A stretch of DNA of 64,000 nucleotides from Porticoccaceae bacterium (GCA_021773435.1 JAJFKC010000026.1:40108-104107); one strand, 5' to 3'; positions 26,630 through 39,093 are shown, counted from the first letter of the stretch. Notes: generated by a model from the sequence alone, not told the origin. Program-made: numbers and translations.

Positions 26630-28861
26630 CTAGTGAATATCTTTCCAGTATTCTCGATTCAGCAGCACAACCCAGATAAGCAAAAATGCCAGGAATAGTA
26701 GTACATAGACGCCCGTCTGACGGCTTTCTTCAACCACAGGGTTTGCCAGATAAGACAGGAAGTTGACGAGATCATAGACAGCTTCATCATATTCGACCGG
26801 ACTTAACTCGCCTTTAGTCAACAATTCATAGTTGCCGCAGGGATCGTCATTGAGAGGTTCGCTGGTCAGCGGGTCGACCTTAATGCCGCCATTCGTAGCC
26901 AGGGTTGGGCCATCCGTGCAGCCAGGTAAACCCTGCAAATCAAGCAGCGCGTGGGGCATGCCCACATCTTTAAATACTTTGTTATTGACGCCAATAGGTC
27001 GGCTTTCGTCGGCGTAGAAATTTCGCAAATAAGTATAAACCCACTTCCCGGATCGGGCTCGCGTCACCAACGTTAAGTCTGGTGGTGGCGCACCAAACCA
27101 GTCCTTGCCGGAACGTTCAGACATTGATATCTCCATCAGCCCACCGATTTTTTGGCCGCTAAAGACGAGGTTGTCCATCATCATGCCGTGGGGAATATCT
27201 AAATCGTCGGCTACGCGTTCCCACCGTGAGTAGGCAGCGGCGTGGCACCCCATGCAGTAATTGACAAATATTTTCGCGCCGTTTTGTAGAGATTCCTGGT
27301 CGGTAGCATCGGCCTCAAAGGCATCACAGCTAATGGCGCCACAGTCATGGTTAGCTTCCGACCCAGCCGCTTTGAGAGGCAAAATAATCAGCGCGAGGAC
27401 AATGAACAGGACACTCAACGAGCGCCAGAAACCCATGCCGCCGTCCATGGTAATGCGATCCGGTTCCGGTTTTGATATGTTTCGTTCAACTAACCAGGGC
27501 AGTACCAGAAAAAACAGGCCCAGCACAATAGAGCAGATTCTTACCACTATGGATAGTTCGACGCCCTCTTTGGGCATACCTAAGCCAAAGAAGCCAATGG
27601 CAAAAATCCCGGTGAGTAGATAGCGCAGTATGGATACCCCACCTTTCTTCACCGACCAAACCGGCATGGTTATAAAGAATGCGAAATACATGACCATGGT
27701 TATTTGGGCGAGCAGGGTTCGATCATCAGTCGGCGCCTTAACACCGAGAACTCCGAGGATCACAAAGGATGCAGCAAACAGCAGCAGCATTATTCCAGTA
27801 ATGCGACCTTTATATCGGAACGATTTTTCCTTACTTTTATCCAGCCAGGGCAGGACGAATAAAATAGCTATCGCAGCCGCCATGGCCAGAAAGCCCATGA
27901 ATTTAGCCGTTAATGGGCCAATCTCAAAAGTGACCGCCCGCAACATGGAGTAAAACGGCGTGAAATACCAAACCGGTGCAATATGCTCAGGTGTTTTTAA
28001 TCGATTTGCCTCTTCGAAATTGGCGTACTCAATGAAGTAGCCACCCATCTCTGGCATAAAGAAAATAATGAAGCAGAACACAAACAGGAAAACCGCCACC
28101 GGCACCAGATCGTGCACGGTGTAATACGGATGGAACGGAATGCCATCCAGAGGAATGCCATTTTCATCCTTATCCTTTTTAATTTCGACGCCGTCTGGAT
28201 TATTGGAACCAACTTCGTGCAGGGCCAACAAATGCAACACCACCAAACCCAATAAAACGATGGGTACGGCGACGACATGTAAAGCAAAAAATCGATTCAG
28301 GGTGATGCCAGAGATCAAATAATCACCTCGCACCCATTCGACGATACCTTCGCCGATAACCGGAATTGCGCCGAATAGAGAGATGATCACCTGAGCACCC
28401 CAGTAGGACATTTGTCCCCAGGGCAGCACATAACCGAAGAAACCTTCGGCCATCAGGGCCAGGAAAATAGCCATGCCAAATAGCCAGACCAGCTCACGGG
28501 GTGCTTTGTAAGAGCCATAGAGCAAGCCACGGAACATGTGTAGATATACCACGAGAAAAAAAGCTGACGCCCCGGTGGAGTGCATATAGCGCAGTATCCA
28601 ACCGAAATCTACATCACGCATAATGTATTCGACCGATGCAAATGCACGCTCGGCGGAGGGTTCATAATTCATGGTCAGCCAGATACCGGTGACAAACTGG
28701 TTAACCAACACCAGCAACGACAGAACCCCAAAGAAATACCAGAAGTTAAAGTTCTTCGGCGCGTAATACTTCGCCATGTGAGTATCCCACGCCCGCTGCA
28801 CCGGTAAACGTGCATCAATCCAGCCCCATAGGGCGCCTAACCAGGCCACGATCAACTTCAT
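26630..28861 (-). CDS. petBC: Cytochrome b / cytochrome c1 fusion protein of the bc1 complex (single 743-aa reading frame)
   Basis: The N-terminal ~420 aa are cytochrome b (…FNFWYFFG…, PEWYF-equivalent APVWYFTPFY). Two extra hydrophobic helices follow. Then comes a signal-peptide-like helix (FWRSLSVLFIVLALIILPLKAAG). The rest is a c1 domain with the CMGCH haem motif and a C-terminal anchor (VYVLLFLAFLLIWVVLL). No stop codon separates the parts. Confidence 0.85.
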   Translation of the reverse strand: MKLIVAWLGALWGWIDARLPVQRAWDTHMAKYYAPKNFNFWYFFGVLSLLVLVNQFVTGIWLTMNYEPSAERAFASVEYIMRDVDFGWILRYMHSTGASAFFLVVYLHMFRGLLYGSYKAPRELVWLFGMAIFLALMAEGFFGYVLPWGQMSYWGAQVIISLFGAIPVIGEGIVEWVRGDYLISGITLNRFFALHVVAVPIVLLGLVVLHLLALHEVGSNNPDGVEIKKDKDENGIPLDGIPFHPYYTVHDLVPVAVFLFVFCFIIFFMPEMGGYFIEYANFEEANRLKTPEHIAPVWYFTPFYSMLRAVTFEIGPLTAKFMGFLAMAAAIAILFVLPWLDKSKEKSFRYKGRITGIMLLLFAASFVILGVLGVKAPTDDRTLLAQITMVMYFAFFITMPVWSVKKGGVSILRYLLTGIFAIGFFGLGMPKEGVELSIVVRICSIVLGLFFLVLPWLVERNISKPEPDRITMDGGMGFWRSLSVLFIVLALIILPLKAAGSEANHDCGAISCDAFEADATDQESLQNGAKIFVNYCMGCHAAAYSRWERVADDLDIPHGMMMDNLVFSGQKIGGLMEISMSERSGKDWFGAPPPDLTLVTRARSGKWVYTYLRNFYADESRPIGVNNKVFKDVGMPHALLDLQGLPGCTDGPTLATNGGIKVDPLTSEPLNDDPCGNYELLTKGELSPVEYDEAVYDLVNFLSYLANPVVEESRQTGVYVLLFLAFLLIWVVLLNREYWKDIH

Positions 28862-29460
28862 GATGTTGCCTCCGGATCGATACCGATCACGACAACAGTG
28901 TCACTCTCGTAGTTATGGGGTGGAATTTTCAGATTGGTCGGCGCCGGTACGTCTTTATAAACTCGACCCGCCAGGTCAAATTTAGAGCCATGGCATGGGC
29001 AGAAAAAACCGCCCAACCAGGCCTCGCCACCTAAATCAGCGGCACCCACCTCAGGCCGATACTTTGGTGCACAGCCAAGATGTGTACACAAGCCGAGCAT
29101 AATCAGAAACTCCGCCTTAATAGCACGGGTGACCGGATCAACATATTCAGGTTGATCCGAATCTTCTGACTCAGGGTCTTTCACGGTGTCGCGAAGGTTT
29201 TCAAGAGATTCGAGCGCCTGTGCGGGTCGCCGGACAATATAGACCGGCTGGCCACGCCACTCCTCAATCATCATTGCACCGGGCTCTATTTTGCCAATGT
29301 CGATCTTAACCGGAGCACCTGCTGTCTTTGCCCTGGCACTGGGAAACCAGGAGCCAACAAATGGAATAGCGGCTCCACCAACCCCCACTGCACCGACCGC
29401 ACAGGTCATCCCCGTCAAGAAGCGCCGACGCTTCTGGTTAACCACACCGTCATTGCTCAT
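28858..29460 (-). CDS. petA: Ubiquinol-cytochrome c reductase Rieske iron-sulfur subunit
   Basis: Tat-like RRRFL signal plus CTHLGC and CPCHGS cluster motifs. Overlaps the cytochrome b start by 4 nt. Confidence 0.95.
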   Translation of the reverse strand: MSNDGVVNQKRRRFLTGMTCAVGAVGVGGAAIPFVGSWFPSARAKTAGAPVKIDIGKIEPGAMMIEEWRGQPVYIVRRPAQALESLENLRDTVKDPESEDSDQPEYVDPVTRAIKAEFLIMLGLCTHLGCAPKYRPEVGAADLGGEAWLGGFFCPCHGSKFDLAGRVYKDVPAPTNLKIPPHNYESDTVVVIGIDPEATS

Positions 29461-29685
29461 ATGAGCTCCCTTAATAATAGGCTACAAAAAAGACCGGCTG
29501 AATTAGCCTTGATAAGTACTAACTCGCTGAAATTAATATTGCAATTTGTTAAGCACGCGTAACCACTAACTTACCGGTCAAATAGGCCGGAATACGTGTA
29601 AAAAAGGCGCGTCATCATAGTAAAAAATCACTTAATTAGCAAGCAACATCCCTTGATAATCTCCCTAACCAATTGTTTTTAGAGC

Positions 29686-29714
29686 AAAAAAAAGCCTGAC
29701 TTTTTTAGTCAGGC
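29686..29714 (-). terminator. Rho-independent terminator after rpsI
   Basis: On the minus strand: GCCTGAC-loop-GTCAGGC followed by a run of 8 T. Located 23 nt downstream of the rpsI stop. Confidence 0.65.
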
Positions 29715-29736
29715 CCTTTTGCGATACCGCCAACAA

Positions 29737-30126
29737 TTAACGTTTCGAGAACTGAGGACGTTTGCGTGCTTTGTGTAATCCGACTTTCTTACGCTCTACT
29801 TCACGGGCATCGCGGGTTAAGAACCCAGCCTGCCGCAGCGGCGAACGCAAGGTTTCGTCGTACTGCAAGAGTGCTCGCGCCAAACCGTGTCGGATCGCGC
29901 CGGCCTGGCCAAAGCTACCACCACCTTTCACCGTCACTTTCAAATCGAAGGTGCCCAAGGCATCGACGGTTTCGAGGGGCTGACGGATGATCATCCGAGC
30001 GACTTCGCGGCCAAAGTACTGCTCAATGGTGCGATTATTGATGGTGATATCACCGGTGCCGCGAGTCATAAAAACCCGTGCTGAGGAAGTTTTACGTCGG
30101 CCTGTGCCGTAATAGGTGTCTGCCAT
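29737..30126 (-). CDS. rpsI: 30S ribosomal protein S9
   Basis: [15 protein letters not shown]...ending PQFSKR. Confidence 0.97.
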   Translation of the reverse strand: MADTYYGTGRRKTSSARVFMTRGTGDITINNRTIEQYFGREVARMIIRQPLETVDALGTFDLKVTVKGGGSFGQAGAIRHGLARALLQYDETLRSPLRQAGFLTRDAREVERKKVGLHKARKRPQFSKR

Positions 30127-30150
30127 GCTTAGCTCTCAATTCTCAATAGA

Positions 30151-30579
30151 CTAAATATTCAATTCTTGTGGCTGTTGCGCCGCGTGTGGGTGCTCAGTGC
30201 CAGCATATACTTTCAGCTTTTTAAACATCTCGCGACCTAATGGCCCTTTAGGCAGCATGCCTTTTACGGCTTTTTGCAGGACTCGCTCAGGCGCTTTATC
30301 GATGAGCTTCTCAAAGCTGATATCTTTAATACCGCCGGGATAACCGGTGTGGTGATAATAAATTTTACCGCTGGCTTTATTACCAGTGACACGCACTTTT
30401 TCACAATTGACCACGACAATATAGTCGCCAGTATCAACATGAGGGGTATATTCAGGCTTGTGTTTGCCCCGAAGCCGCGTGGCGATATCACTGGCCAGCC
30501 GTCCGAGAACTTTGTCAGCTGCGTCAACGACGTACCAGTCGCGCTGTACGGTTTCAGCTTTGGCACTATATGTCTTCAT
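30151..30579 (-). CDS. rplM: 50S ribosomal protein L13
   Basis: [34 protein letters not shown]. Confidence 0.97.
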   Translation of the reverse strand: MKTYSAKAETVQRDWYVVDAADKVLGRLASDIATRLRGKHKPEYTPHVDTGDYIVVVNCEKVRVTGNKASGKIYYHHTGYPGGIKDISFEKLIDKAPERVLQKAVKGMLPKGPLGREMFKKLKVYAGTEHPHAAQQPQELNI

Positions 30580-30815
30580 GTAGAATTTGCCTTCACGTCA
30601 GTTGCGCCCAAGTTATTGGCTTGTTAAAGCGAGCGCGAATTCTACCGATGCCCCCCATGCTTTTCAAGTGGTCGAGGCATAGTTTCTCGACACAGGTTTC
30701 TCAATATTAGGTATGTCGATATGGGCTTAGCGATATGGACTTTTCAATATTTAAGCCCAGCCGCCAAAAACTCTCCCGGCCAGCCAAACAATCCGATTAG
30801 TGATGACCTAAGTAG

Positions 30816-31916
30816 TTAAGGTCTGTGCGGCTGGGCCAGATATTCATGACTTTGCATTTCCAGCAAGCGGCTGCGGGTTCGCTCGAATTCGAAGTCAAGG
30901 TTGCCGCCTTCATAAAGCTCCGCCAGGCTTACCTCTGCTGAAAGGGCAACTTTGACGCCGCGATCATAAAACTCATCGATCATATTAATGAATCGCCTGG
31001 CTTCATCATCCCGCTGAGCATTGAGCTTTGGTACACCACTGATCAACACTGCATGGAACTCACGAGCCAGCTCAATATAGTCGTTCTGGCTACGCGGCCC
31101 GGCACAAAGCGCATCGAAATCAAACCAGATGATATCTTCGCCGATGTAGCGACACAGTATATCTCGGCCTTCAACTTCAATAAAAACTTCTTTACGCACC
31201 TCTTCTCTGGTCGGCACCAAACTGTTGAACGCGTCAGACATGGCAACTTCGGCCTGGTCATCTAGCGGCGAGTGGTACAACTCGGCACGGGTTAACGCGC
31301 GTAAGCGGTAATCCACGCCGTTATCCAGATTAACCACTTCACAGTGTTTTTTTATCAGCTTAATAGCAGGCATAAATCGCTGTCTCTGCAGACCATTTTC
31401 ATAGAGGTTATCGGGAATAATATTCGAGGTAGCAACAAGGGTGACGCCACGAGCAAATAAATGCTCCATTAACGTACCCAATATCATAGCGTCGGTAATA
31501 TCAGAGACAAAAAACTCATCGAAACATATCACTCTGGTTTCATCGGCAATACCTGCGGCGACTTTAACCAGAGGATTCTTCTGGCCTTCGAGGGCGGTCA
31601 GATCGCGATGTACTCGCTTCATAAAACGGTGGAAGTGCACACGCATTTTTTGCTGAAAAGGCAGGCTTTCGTAAAAAGTGTCCATCAGATAGGTCTTACC
31701 GCGCCCAACCCCACCCCAAAAATAAATGCCGTCAACCCGGGCGCTCTGTTTATTACGTAATAGACGTTCGAAAAACCCAATTTTTTCCTGGCGGGCCGCG
31801 ACGAGCTGTTCATACAGGGCCTGCAGTTTTTCCACAGCCTCGGCCTGCGACGCATCTTCGACAAAGCCATCTTGTCGCAAGTCCTGTTGATAGCGCTGTG
31901 TTGGGGTAAAAGCCAT
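30816..31916 (-). CDS. zapE: Cell division protein ZapE (AFG1-like ATPase)
   Basis: Walker A GGVGRGKTYLMD, and the conserved position beside rplM. Confidence 0.9.
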   Translation of the reverse strand: MAFTPTQRYQQDLRQDGFVEDASQAEAVEKLQALYEQLVAARQEKIGFFERLLRNKQSARVDGIYFWGGVGRGKTYLMDTFYESLPFQQKMRVHFHRFMKRVHRDLTALEGQKNPLVKVAAGIADETRVICFDEFFVSDITDAMILGTLMEHLFARGVTLVATSNIIPDNLYENGLQRQRFMPAIKLIKKHCEVVNLDNGVDYRLRALTRAELYHSPLDDQAEVAMSDAFNSLVPTREEVRKEVFIEVEGRDILCRYIGEDIIWFDFDALCAGPRSQNDYIELAREFHAVLISGVPKLNAQRDDEARRFINMIDEFYDRGVKVALSAEVSLAELYEGGNLDFEFERTRSRLLEMQSHEYLAQPHRP

Positions 31917-32015
31917 GGTCAGAGGAATCTTTTAGCCGGAAAAAAAGACCGGCAACTCTACCTTTCGCTCTAGTTTCGCGCAACCAAAACGTGCGGCTCC
32001 GGCCGAACCAGGATG

Positions 32016-32660
32016 CTAACCCAATGCGGTTAATAACATCGGTGTTAGCTGATCTCGCAGCGACACCAACTCACCATGAAAGAAATGACTGGCCTCGGCA
32101 ATAGCTATTATTTTTACGGGGGAAGCCAAACTCTCAGCCCACTGCTTGGCATGCTGAAAGCCCACCAGTTCATCCTCCTCACCAAGAACAATAATAGCCG
32201 GACAGGTGAAACGCTGATCGGGCGCAAAACTATATCGTTCAACCGGCGGTGCGATCAGGACAAGATGATCGGTAGTCAACATTGAGCTACCCGCTTCCGC
32301 AACAACCGAACCAAATGAGTACCCGGCGATTAGCAAGCGTGTCCCGGAGCATTGTTTTTGTAGCCAGGACGCCACGGCCTGCAGGTCTTCCACCTCACCT
32401 TCAGCGTTATCATGCACGCCTTCACTGGCCCCAACTCCTCTAAAATTAAACCGTGCGACCGGCACCCCCAGTTCACGATATATTCGGCTTACCGTGGTCA
32501 CCACCTTATTATCCATCGCTCCGCCGTAGAGTGGGTGGGGATGGCAAACCACTGCGTAGTAATCACTCCCCGCCAGAGGGCCATCGTCAACGGGGGCTTC
32601 CCGTATCAGCTCTAATTTACCCTCGGGGCCAGCTATAATTTCTGTCGAATAGACTGCCAT
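32016..32660 (-). CDS. Alpha/beta hydrolase fold protein
   Basis: VVCHPHPLYGGAMDNKVV...FNFRGVGASEG...GYSFGS nucleophile elbow. The ATG at 32660 is preferred. Confidence 0.75.
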   Translation of the reverse strand: MAVYSTEIIAGPEGKLELIREAPVDDGPLAGSDYYAVVCHPHPLYGGAMDNKVVTTVSRIYRELGVPVARFNFRGVGASEGVHDNAEGEVEDLQAVASWLQKQCSGTRLLIAGYSFGSVVAEAGSSMLTTDHLVLIAPPVERYSFAPDQRFTCPAIIVLGEEDELVGFQHAKQWAESLASPVKIIAIAEASHFFHGELVSLRDQLTPMLLTALG

Positions 32661-32845
32661 TGAGGCACGCTCCCATATTCTTATAAATAAAGTGTCTCTG
32701 TGAGTTAAATACAATCATCTTGGAACAAATGTAAAGATGGATTGTGACGAATACAAATGGATTATCTCAATGCGACCTGATCGACCCATTGCCCATTTCA
32801 GGCTAAAATTGCCGTTGCTCAAACCGCCCAACAGGAATATAGCTT

Positions 32846-33265
32846 GTGAATACTGAATTTAGCACCGAATTACTGATCATCGCGCTTATCTGTCTTGGCG
32901 TGGGCATCGCCATTGGTGTCCAGCTGACCCGCATGTTTTCTGGCCCGGCCAAGCAAAAACGCCACCTCTCCGAAGAGTTGCGAGAAAACGTTCAAAGCTC
33001 CGCCACCTATCGCCATGAAGTGACCGAGCATTTTGTCCGGACCACAACCCTGCTTAAAAACCTGACAAATAGCTATGCAGACCTCCATCAACACATGGCT
33101 GATAGTGCTACAAAGTTGGCCAGCCCGGAGACTGGCCGCGAGCTTGCCGAGGCCAGTGCGGTGCAGCTGGAATTAATCTTGCCGGAATCGAGCGAAACTG
33201 ACGGCACTCAGGTGCCAAAAGATTATGCGCCAGGCAATGGGATATTGAGTGAAGACTACCGTTAA
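32846..33265 (+). CDS. YhcB/ZapG-like (DUF1043) inner-membrane protein
   Basis: One N-terminal TM helix, then a helical cytoplasmic part (HFVRTTTLLKNLTNSYADLHQHM). GTG start. Conserved neighbourhood between zapE and degS. Confidence 0.7.
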   Translation: MNTEFSTELLIIALICLGVGIAIGVQLTRMFSGPAKQKRHLSEELRENVQSSATYRHEVTEHFVRTTTLLKNLTNSYADLHQHMADSATKLASPETGRELAEASAVQLELILPESSETDGTQVPKDYAPGNGILSEDYR

Positions 33266-33407
33266 AGCGTTAGATAAACCCATAACTATCTTGGCACGCC
33301 AATCCTCAATTATCTTGAATGCACTGGTGTTAAGACTAGAGAAACGTCCCTATTAACCTATTAATAAGCCCCTACGAAAGAGAGCCCTGAACTAACAGGA
33401 GCCATAT

Positions 33408-34547
33408 TTGAAAATTATTTCCGATTTCGCCTGGCCTGTCGTGACCGGTTTACTCGCCGCAGCAGTGGCAGTCTTGCTGCTACCTTATCTCTCTTCAACA
33501 AACGTTATTAATCAACTACCGCCTGACGAAATAACAATCGTTAATGCGCCGATACCAGAACTAGTCTCATCCTATGCCCCCGCGGTACGTCATGCGGCGC
33601 CTTCAGTCGTCAATATTTATACCCGCAAAAAACTGGTTCAACAGCGACACCCGATTTTGAACGACCCGTTTTTTCGGCGCTTTTTTAATAACCGGAATGT
33701 ACCCCAGCAACAGCGTATGGAATCGTCGCTTGGCTCAGGCGTAATTGTCAGTCACGACGGCTTCATCCTCACCAACCATCACGTCATTGACGGTGCCGAC
33801 GAGATTATCACGCTTCTCTACGATGGCCGTGAGGCAAAAGCCACCATCGTCGGCACCGATCCGGAGACTGATTTGGCCGTACTCAAAATTGATCTCGGCA
33901 AACTTACCCCCACCACAGTAAGAGACACTACACCAGTCCAGGTTGGCGATATTGTGCTGGCCATCGGCAATCCCTTCGGTGTCGGTCAGTCGGTGTCGCA
34001 AGGCATTATCAGCGCCACGGGCAGAAAAGACCTTGGCCTGACTATTTTCGAAAACTTTATACAAACCGATGCCGCCATTAACCCCGGCAATTCCGGTGGT
34101 GCGCTTGTCGATGTTTACGGAAATCTGGTAGGTATTAACTCAGCCATCCTCAACGAAACTGCTTCAGTGGGCATCGGCTTTGCAATCCCGGCCGATACGG
34201 CAATTCATGTCCTGGAAGATATTATTAAAAATGGCCGGGTAATCAGAGGTTGGCTGGGTGTCGAAGCTCAGCAGCTGGCCCCCGAAGTTGCCACTCAGCT
34301 AGAGCTGGAACCACCCACCGCGTTGATCATCACGACGGTGCATCCCGCTAGCCCGGCATTTTCTGGCGGTCTAAAACCCGGCGACGTGGTCACCCATATT
34401 AATAGCGAACGGATTGGTACCGGCAGCAGCGGCATGAACTTAATCGCCCAGCTCAACCCCGGCGACCCCATACAACTCGATATTATTCGCCACGACAGCC
34501 GCCTGACCATTTCGGCTATTGCGGGTACCCGCCCGCAGGTAAATTAA
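33408..34547 (+). CDS. degS: Periplasmic serine endoprotease, DegS/AlgW type (one PDZ domain)
   Basis: TTG start 7 nt after AGGAG. N-terminal anchor; catalytic His (TNHHV), Asp (DLAVLK) and GNSGGAL Ser motifs; one PDZ region. Confidence 0.85.
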   Translation: MKIISDFAWPVVTGLLAAAVAVLLLPYLSSTNVINQLPPDEITIVNAPIPELVSSYAPAVRHAAPSVVNIYTRKKLVQQRHPILNDPFFRRFFNNRNVPQQQRMESSLGSGVIVSHDGFILTNHHVIDGADEIITLLYDGREAKATIVGTDPETDLAVLKIDLGKLTPTTVRDTTPVQVGDIVLAIGNPFGVGQSVSQGIISATGRKDLGLTIFENFIQTDAAINPGNSGGALVDVYGNLVGINSAILNETASVGIGFAIPADTAIHVLEDIIKNGRVIRGWLGVEAQQLAPEVATQLELEPPTALIITTVHPASPAFSGGLKPGDVVTHINSERIGTGSSGMNLIAQLNPGDPIQLDIIRHDSRLTISAIAGTRPQVN

Positions 34548-34581
34548 GCTTTTTAAGACGCGATAACGACTGCCGTTCAAA

Positions 34582-35643
34582 TCACAGAATAATTTCTTTG
34601 AGCGCTTCGACAAGCAAAGCCATTTGCGAATCTGTACCGATGGTAATACGTAAATGTTGCTTTATGCGCGGCTGATCAAAATGGCGAACGATGATATTTT
34701 TGTCCCGCAACCGAGCAGCTAGATCGCTGCCTTCAAAGTTGGGCTGACGGGCAAAAACAAAATTTGCCTTGGAGGGAATAACCTCAAAACCTAAGCCAGC
34801 CAACTCCTCGACTAGAGCTTCGCGCGCGTCTACAACCCGTGCACAAATACTCTGAAAATAGTCTTGATCGGCAATGGCAGCGACACCACCGGCAATAGCC
34901 AGTCGATCTAGCGGGTAGGAGTTAAAACTATTTTTGACCCTCTCTAGAGCTTCGATAAGCGAACTGTCACCCATGGCAAAGCCGAGCCGAAGCCCGGCCA
35001 ATGACCGAGATTTTGACAGGGTTTGTACCACCAGAAGATTCTTATAGCGGTCTACCAAAGCCACTGCACTTTCGCCGCCAAAATCGATGTAGGCCTCATC
35101 AATCACCACAACACTGTCCGGATTGCCGACTAGCACTTGCTCAATTTCTGACAGCGTCAACAGGCGCCCAGTGGGCGCGTTGGGGTTTGCAAGCACGATG
35201 CCGCCATTGGGCCGGATATAGTCATCAACGCGAATCCCTAACTCATCATCCAGCGTAATAGCTTCATGAGTTATAGTATAAAGACCGCAATAAACGGGAT
35301 AAAAACTGTAAGTGATATCCGCGAACAGCACCGGTAGCTGATGGCGCAGTAAACCATTAAAAACATGCGCGAGCACCTCATCCGAGCCATTCCCCACGAA
35401 CACCTGATTTGGTTCCAGGCTGTAGTAATTCGCAACACTCAGCTTGAGCTGATCGGCACCCGGTGGTGGATAGAGACGTAACTCGTCAGATGCAGCGTCC
35501 TTAATAGCAGACAGCACCAATGGCGATGGACCGTAGGGGTTTTCATTGGTATTGAGTTTGACCAGGCCGGAAACCGCGGGCTGTTCACCGGGCACATAAG
35601 GCTCCAAATCCCTGACAAAATCGCTCCATAGAGGGCTAGTCAT
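34582..35643 (-). CDS. hisC: Histidinol-phosphate aminotransferase
   Basis: [34 protein letters not shown]. Lies downstream of hisD. Confidence 0.9.
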   Translation of the reverse strand: MTSPLWSDFVRDLEPYVPGEQPAVSGLVKLNTNENPYGPSPLVLSAIKDAASDELRLYPPPGADQLKLSVANYYSLEPNQVFVGNGSDEVLAHVFNGLLRHQLPVLFADITYSFYPVYCGLYTITHEAITLDDELGIRVDDYIRPNGGIVLANPNAPTGRLLTLSEIEQVLVGNPDSVVVIDEAYIDFGGESAVALVDRYKNLLVVQTLSKSRSLAGLRLGFAMGDSSLIEALERVKNSFNSYPLDRLAIAGGVAAIADQDYFQSICARVVDAREALVEELAGLGFEVIPSKANFVFARQPNFEGSDLAARLRDKNIIVRHFDQPRIKQHLRITIGTDSQMALLVEALKEIIL

Positions 35644-35654
35644 AGGGCTGTCCG

Positions 35655-36962
35655 CTAGTCCCCCAGGCGGTATTCGGCAGAACGAGCGTGTGCGGTTAAG
35701 GATTCACTACGCGCTAGCACTGAAGCAGTTTTCGCCAATGTCGCGGCACCGACCGGACTACAATCGATAATTGACGTCCGCTTTTGAAAATCATAAACCC
35801 CAAGCGGTGACGAAAACCTCGCAGTCGTAGAGGTCGGCAATACGTGATTAGCGCCTGCACAATAATCGCCCAGGGCTTCCGGTGTGTGTCGGCCAAGAAA
35901 AATGGCACCGGCGTGAACAATCTGCGCTGCTAACTCCTGAGGATTATCGACCGCCAACTGTAAATGTTCGGGGGCAATACGATTAGCCAATGTGACCGCC
36001 TCTTGCTGGTCGACCACCTGAATCAACGCGCCTCGGCTCTCTATCGATTTTCGGATAATGTCGTGTCTTTCCATGGAGGCCAACAAAGTGGTCATGCTGC
36101 TCTGCACCTGATCCAGAAAATCGCCATCAGCGCTAATAAGAATGGCCTGGGCTTCCTCATCATGTTCAGCCTGAGAAAACAGATCCATGGCTATCCAGTC
36201 AGGATTAGTTCCGCTATCACTAATAATCAGTATTTCTGATGGCCCCGCCACCATATCCAGCCCGACCTGACCGAATACCGCTTTTTTGGCAGCAGCCACA
36301 TAACGATTACCTGGGCCGACAATTTTGTCCACTTTGGGTATGGTCTCGGTGCCATAAGTCAAGGCGGCAATGGCCTGGGCACCGCCGACTGTGAACAATC
36401 GCGTGACCCCAGCTATTTGAGCCGCGGCCAATACCAGCGGGTTAATGCTGTCGCCGGGCGCGGGCACGGTCATAATAATTTCTTCGACACCGGCGACGCG
36501 CGCGGGTATGGCATTCATCAAAACCGATGAGGGATAACTGGCCTTGCCGCCCGGCACGTAGATACCAACCCGTTTTAAGGCACTGACGCGCTGACCCAGC
36601 GAGGTGCCATCGGCCTCCTTAAATTGCCAGGACTGCTGCTTTTGGTGCTCGTGATAAGTCTGAATACGAGTGGCGGCGATATTCAGCGCTTCGCGCTGCT
36701 CGGGGGTAATCTGGGTGAGCGCAGCCTGCATTTGTTGTTGGCTAATTTCGAGATCAGCAATGTCCGTCAGCTGTCGGTTATCGAAGCTGCGGGTGTAATC
36801 GAGCACCGCTCTATCACCGTGATCGCGCACCGTGTTTAGAATTTCGAGAACAAGCGTATTGACCTGCTCGTCAGCTGTTTCATCGCGCTGCATTAGGGCA
36901 GTAAATGCGTCCTCAAATGCTGACTCACCTGTATTCAGACGCGCCGGCTTTAGATCAGCCAT
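35655..36962 (-). CDS. hisD: Histidinol dehydrogenase
   Basis: Conserved [18 protein letters not shown] and HVLPT motifs. The ATG at 36962 overlaps the hisG stop by 8 nt (ATGGCTGA). Confidence 0.95.
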   Translation of the reverse strand: MADLKPARLNTGESAFEDAFTALMQRDETADEQVNTLVLEILNTVRDHGDRAVLDYTRSFDNRQLTDIADLEISQQQMQAALTQITPEQREALNIAATRIQTYHEHQKQQSWQFKEADGTSLGQRVSALKRVGIYVPGGKASYPSSVLMNAIPARVAGVEEIIMTVPAPGDSINPLVLAAAQIAGVTRLFTVGGAQAIAALTYGTETIPKVDKIVGPGNRYVAAAKKAVFGQVGLDMVAGPSEILIISDSGTNPDWIAMDLFSQAEHDEEAQAILISADGDFLDQVQSSMTTLLASMERHDIIRKSIESRGALIQVVDQQEAVTLANRIAPEHLQLAVDNPQELAAQIVHAGAIFLGRHTPEALGDYCAGANHVLPTSTTARFSSPLGVYDFQKRTSIIDCSPVGAATLAKTASVLARSESLTAHARSAEYRLGD

Positions 36963-37659
36963 TATCTGATACAAGGTCTAAGCCAACGTCTGATACAACG
37001 CCCGAGCCAACGCCCGAGCCAACGCCCGAGCCAATGATCGCCCCTACCGCCGCATTTAAGTCAGCAATCAAAGGCTGAATGACGGCATGTTTAATTTTTA
37101 ATGCGCCTTTATTTACTATCAAACGGGCGCTGATATTGGCAATTAATTCGCGAGACTCCAGGCCATTGGCTTTCATGGTATTGCCGGTATCGACGATATC
37201 GACAATTTCATCGCACAGGGAAACCAGCGGCGCTAGCTCCATGGCGCCATAGAGTTTGATCACGTCTGCCTGACGGCCACATTCAGCATAATAACGCCGC
37301 GCCACGTTCAGGTATTTGGTCGCCACGCGTATCCGCCCTTCGGGTCGGCTAGCACCCACCACACCGGCGGTCATCAAGCGGCACCGGGAAATACCCAGAT
37401 CGACGGGTTCGTAATAGCCGTTGCCGCCATGCTCCATCAAGGTATCTTTACCGGCAACGCCCACATCTGCTGCACCAAACTGCACATAGGTCGGCACATC
37501 AACACCGCGCAGCACTAGCAGGCGTACGTCGTCGCGGTTAGTCCCAAACATGAGCTTGCGGCTAGCCGAAATATCTTCGTCAGGTTTTATACCTGCCTCG
37601 GCAAGTAGGGGCAGCGTTTCTTTGAGTATTCGGCCCTTGGTGAGCGCGATGGTAATCAT
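36955..37659 (-). CDS. hisG: ATP phosphoribosyltransferase (short HisG form) with an unusual Gly/Ser/Val repeat tail
   Basis: [12 protein letters not shown]...VATKY...IVDTGNT. Ends …[27 protein letters not shown]. Confidence 0.9.
   Translation of the reverse strand: MITIALTKGRILKETLPLLAEAGIKPDEDISASRKLMFGTNRDDVRLLVLRGVDVPTYVQFGAADVGVAGKDTLMEHGGNGYYEPVDLGISRCRLMTAGVVGASRPEGRIRVATKYLNVARRYYAECGRQADVIKLYGAMELAPLVSLCDEIVDIVDTGNTMKANGLESRELIANISARLIVNKGALKIKHAVIQPLIADLNAAVGAIIGSGVGSGVGSGVVSDVGLDLVSDNG
36997..37032. repeat. Three perfect tandem copies of a 12-nt unit (AACGCCCGAGCC) inside the hisG 3' end
   Basis: Read directly. On the coding strand it encodes (GSGV)x3. Confidence 0.95.
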
Positions 37660-37758
37660 GGCCGTTTTCCGTTGCACCAGTCTAAATGTGCACATTAATA
37701 ATATTAATCGGTACTTGTTAACGTTTAAATTCAGCTATTTAACTTCAACTATTTAACT

Positions 37759-39093
<1,335 letters not shown>

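Noticed and set aside
33285-33310. Sigma-54 promoter (TGGCAC) upstream of degS; a similar TGGCAC occurs at about 588-593
   Set aside because: The required TTGC(A/T) element is not present 5 nt downstream in either case (TGGCACGCCAATCC and TGGCACGCATACGA).
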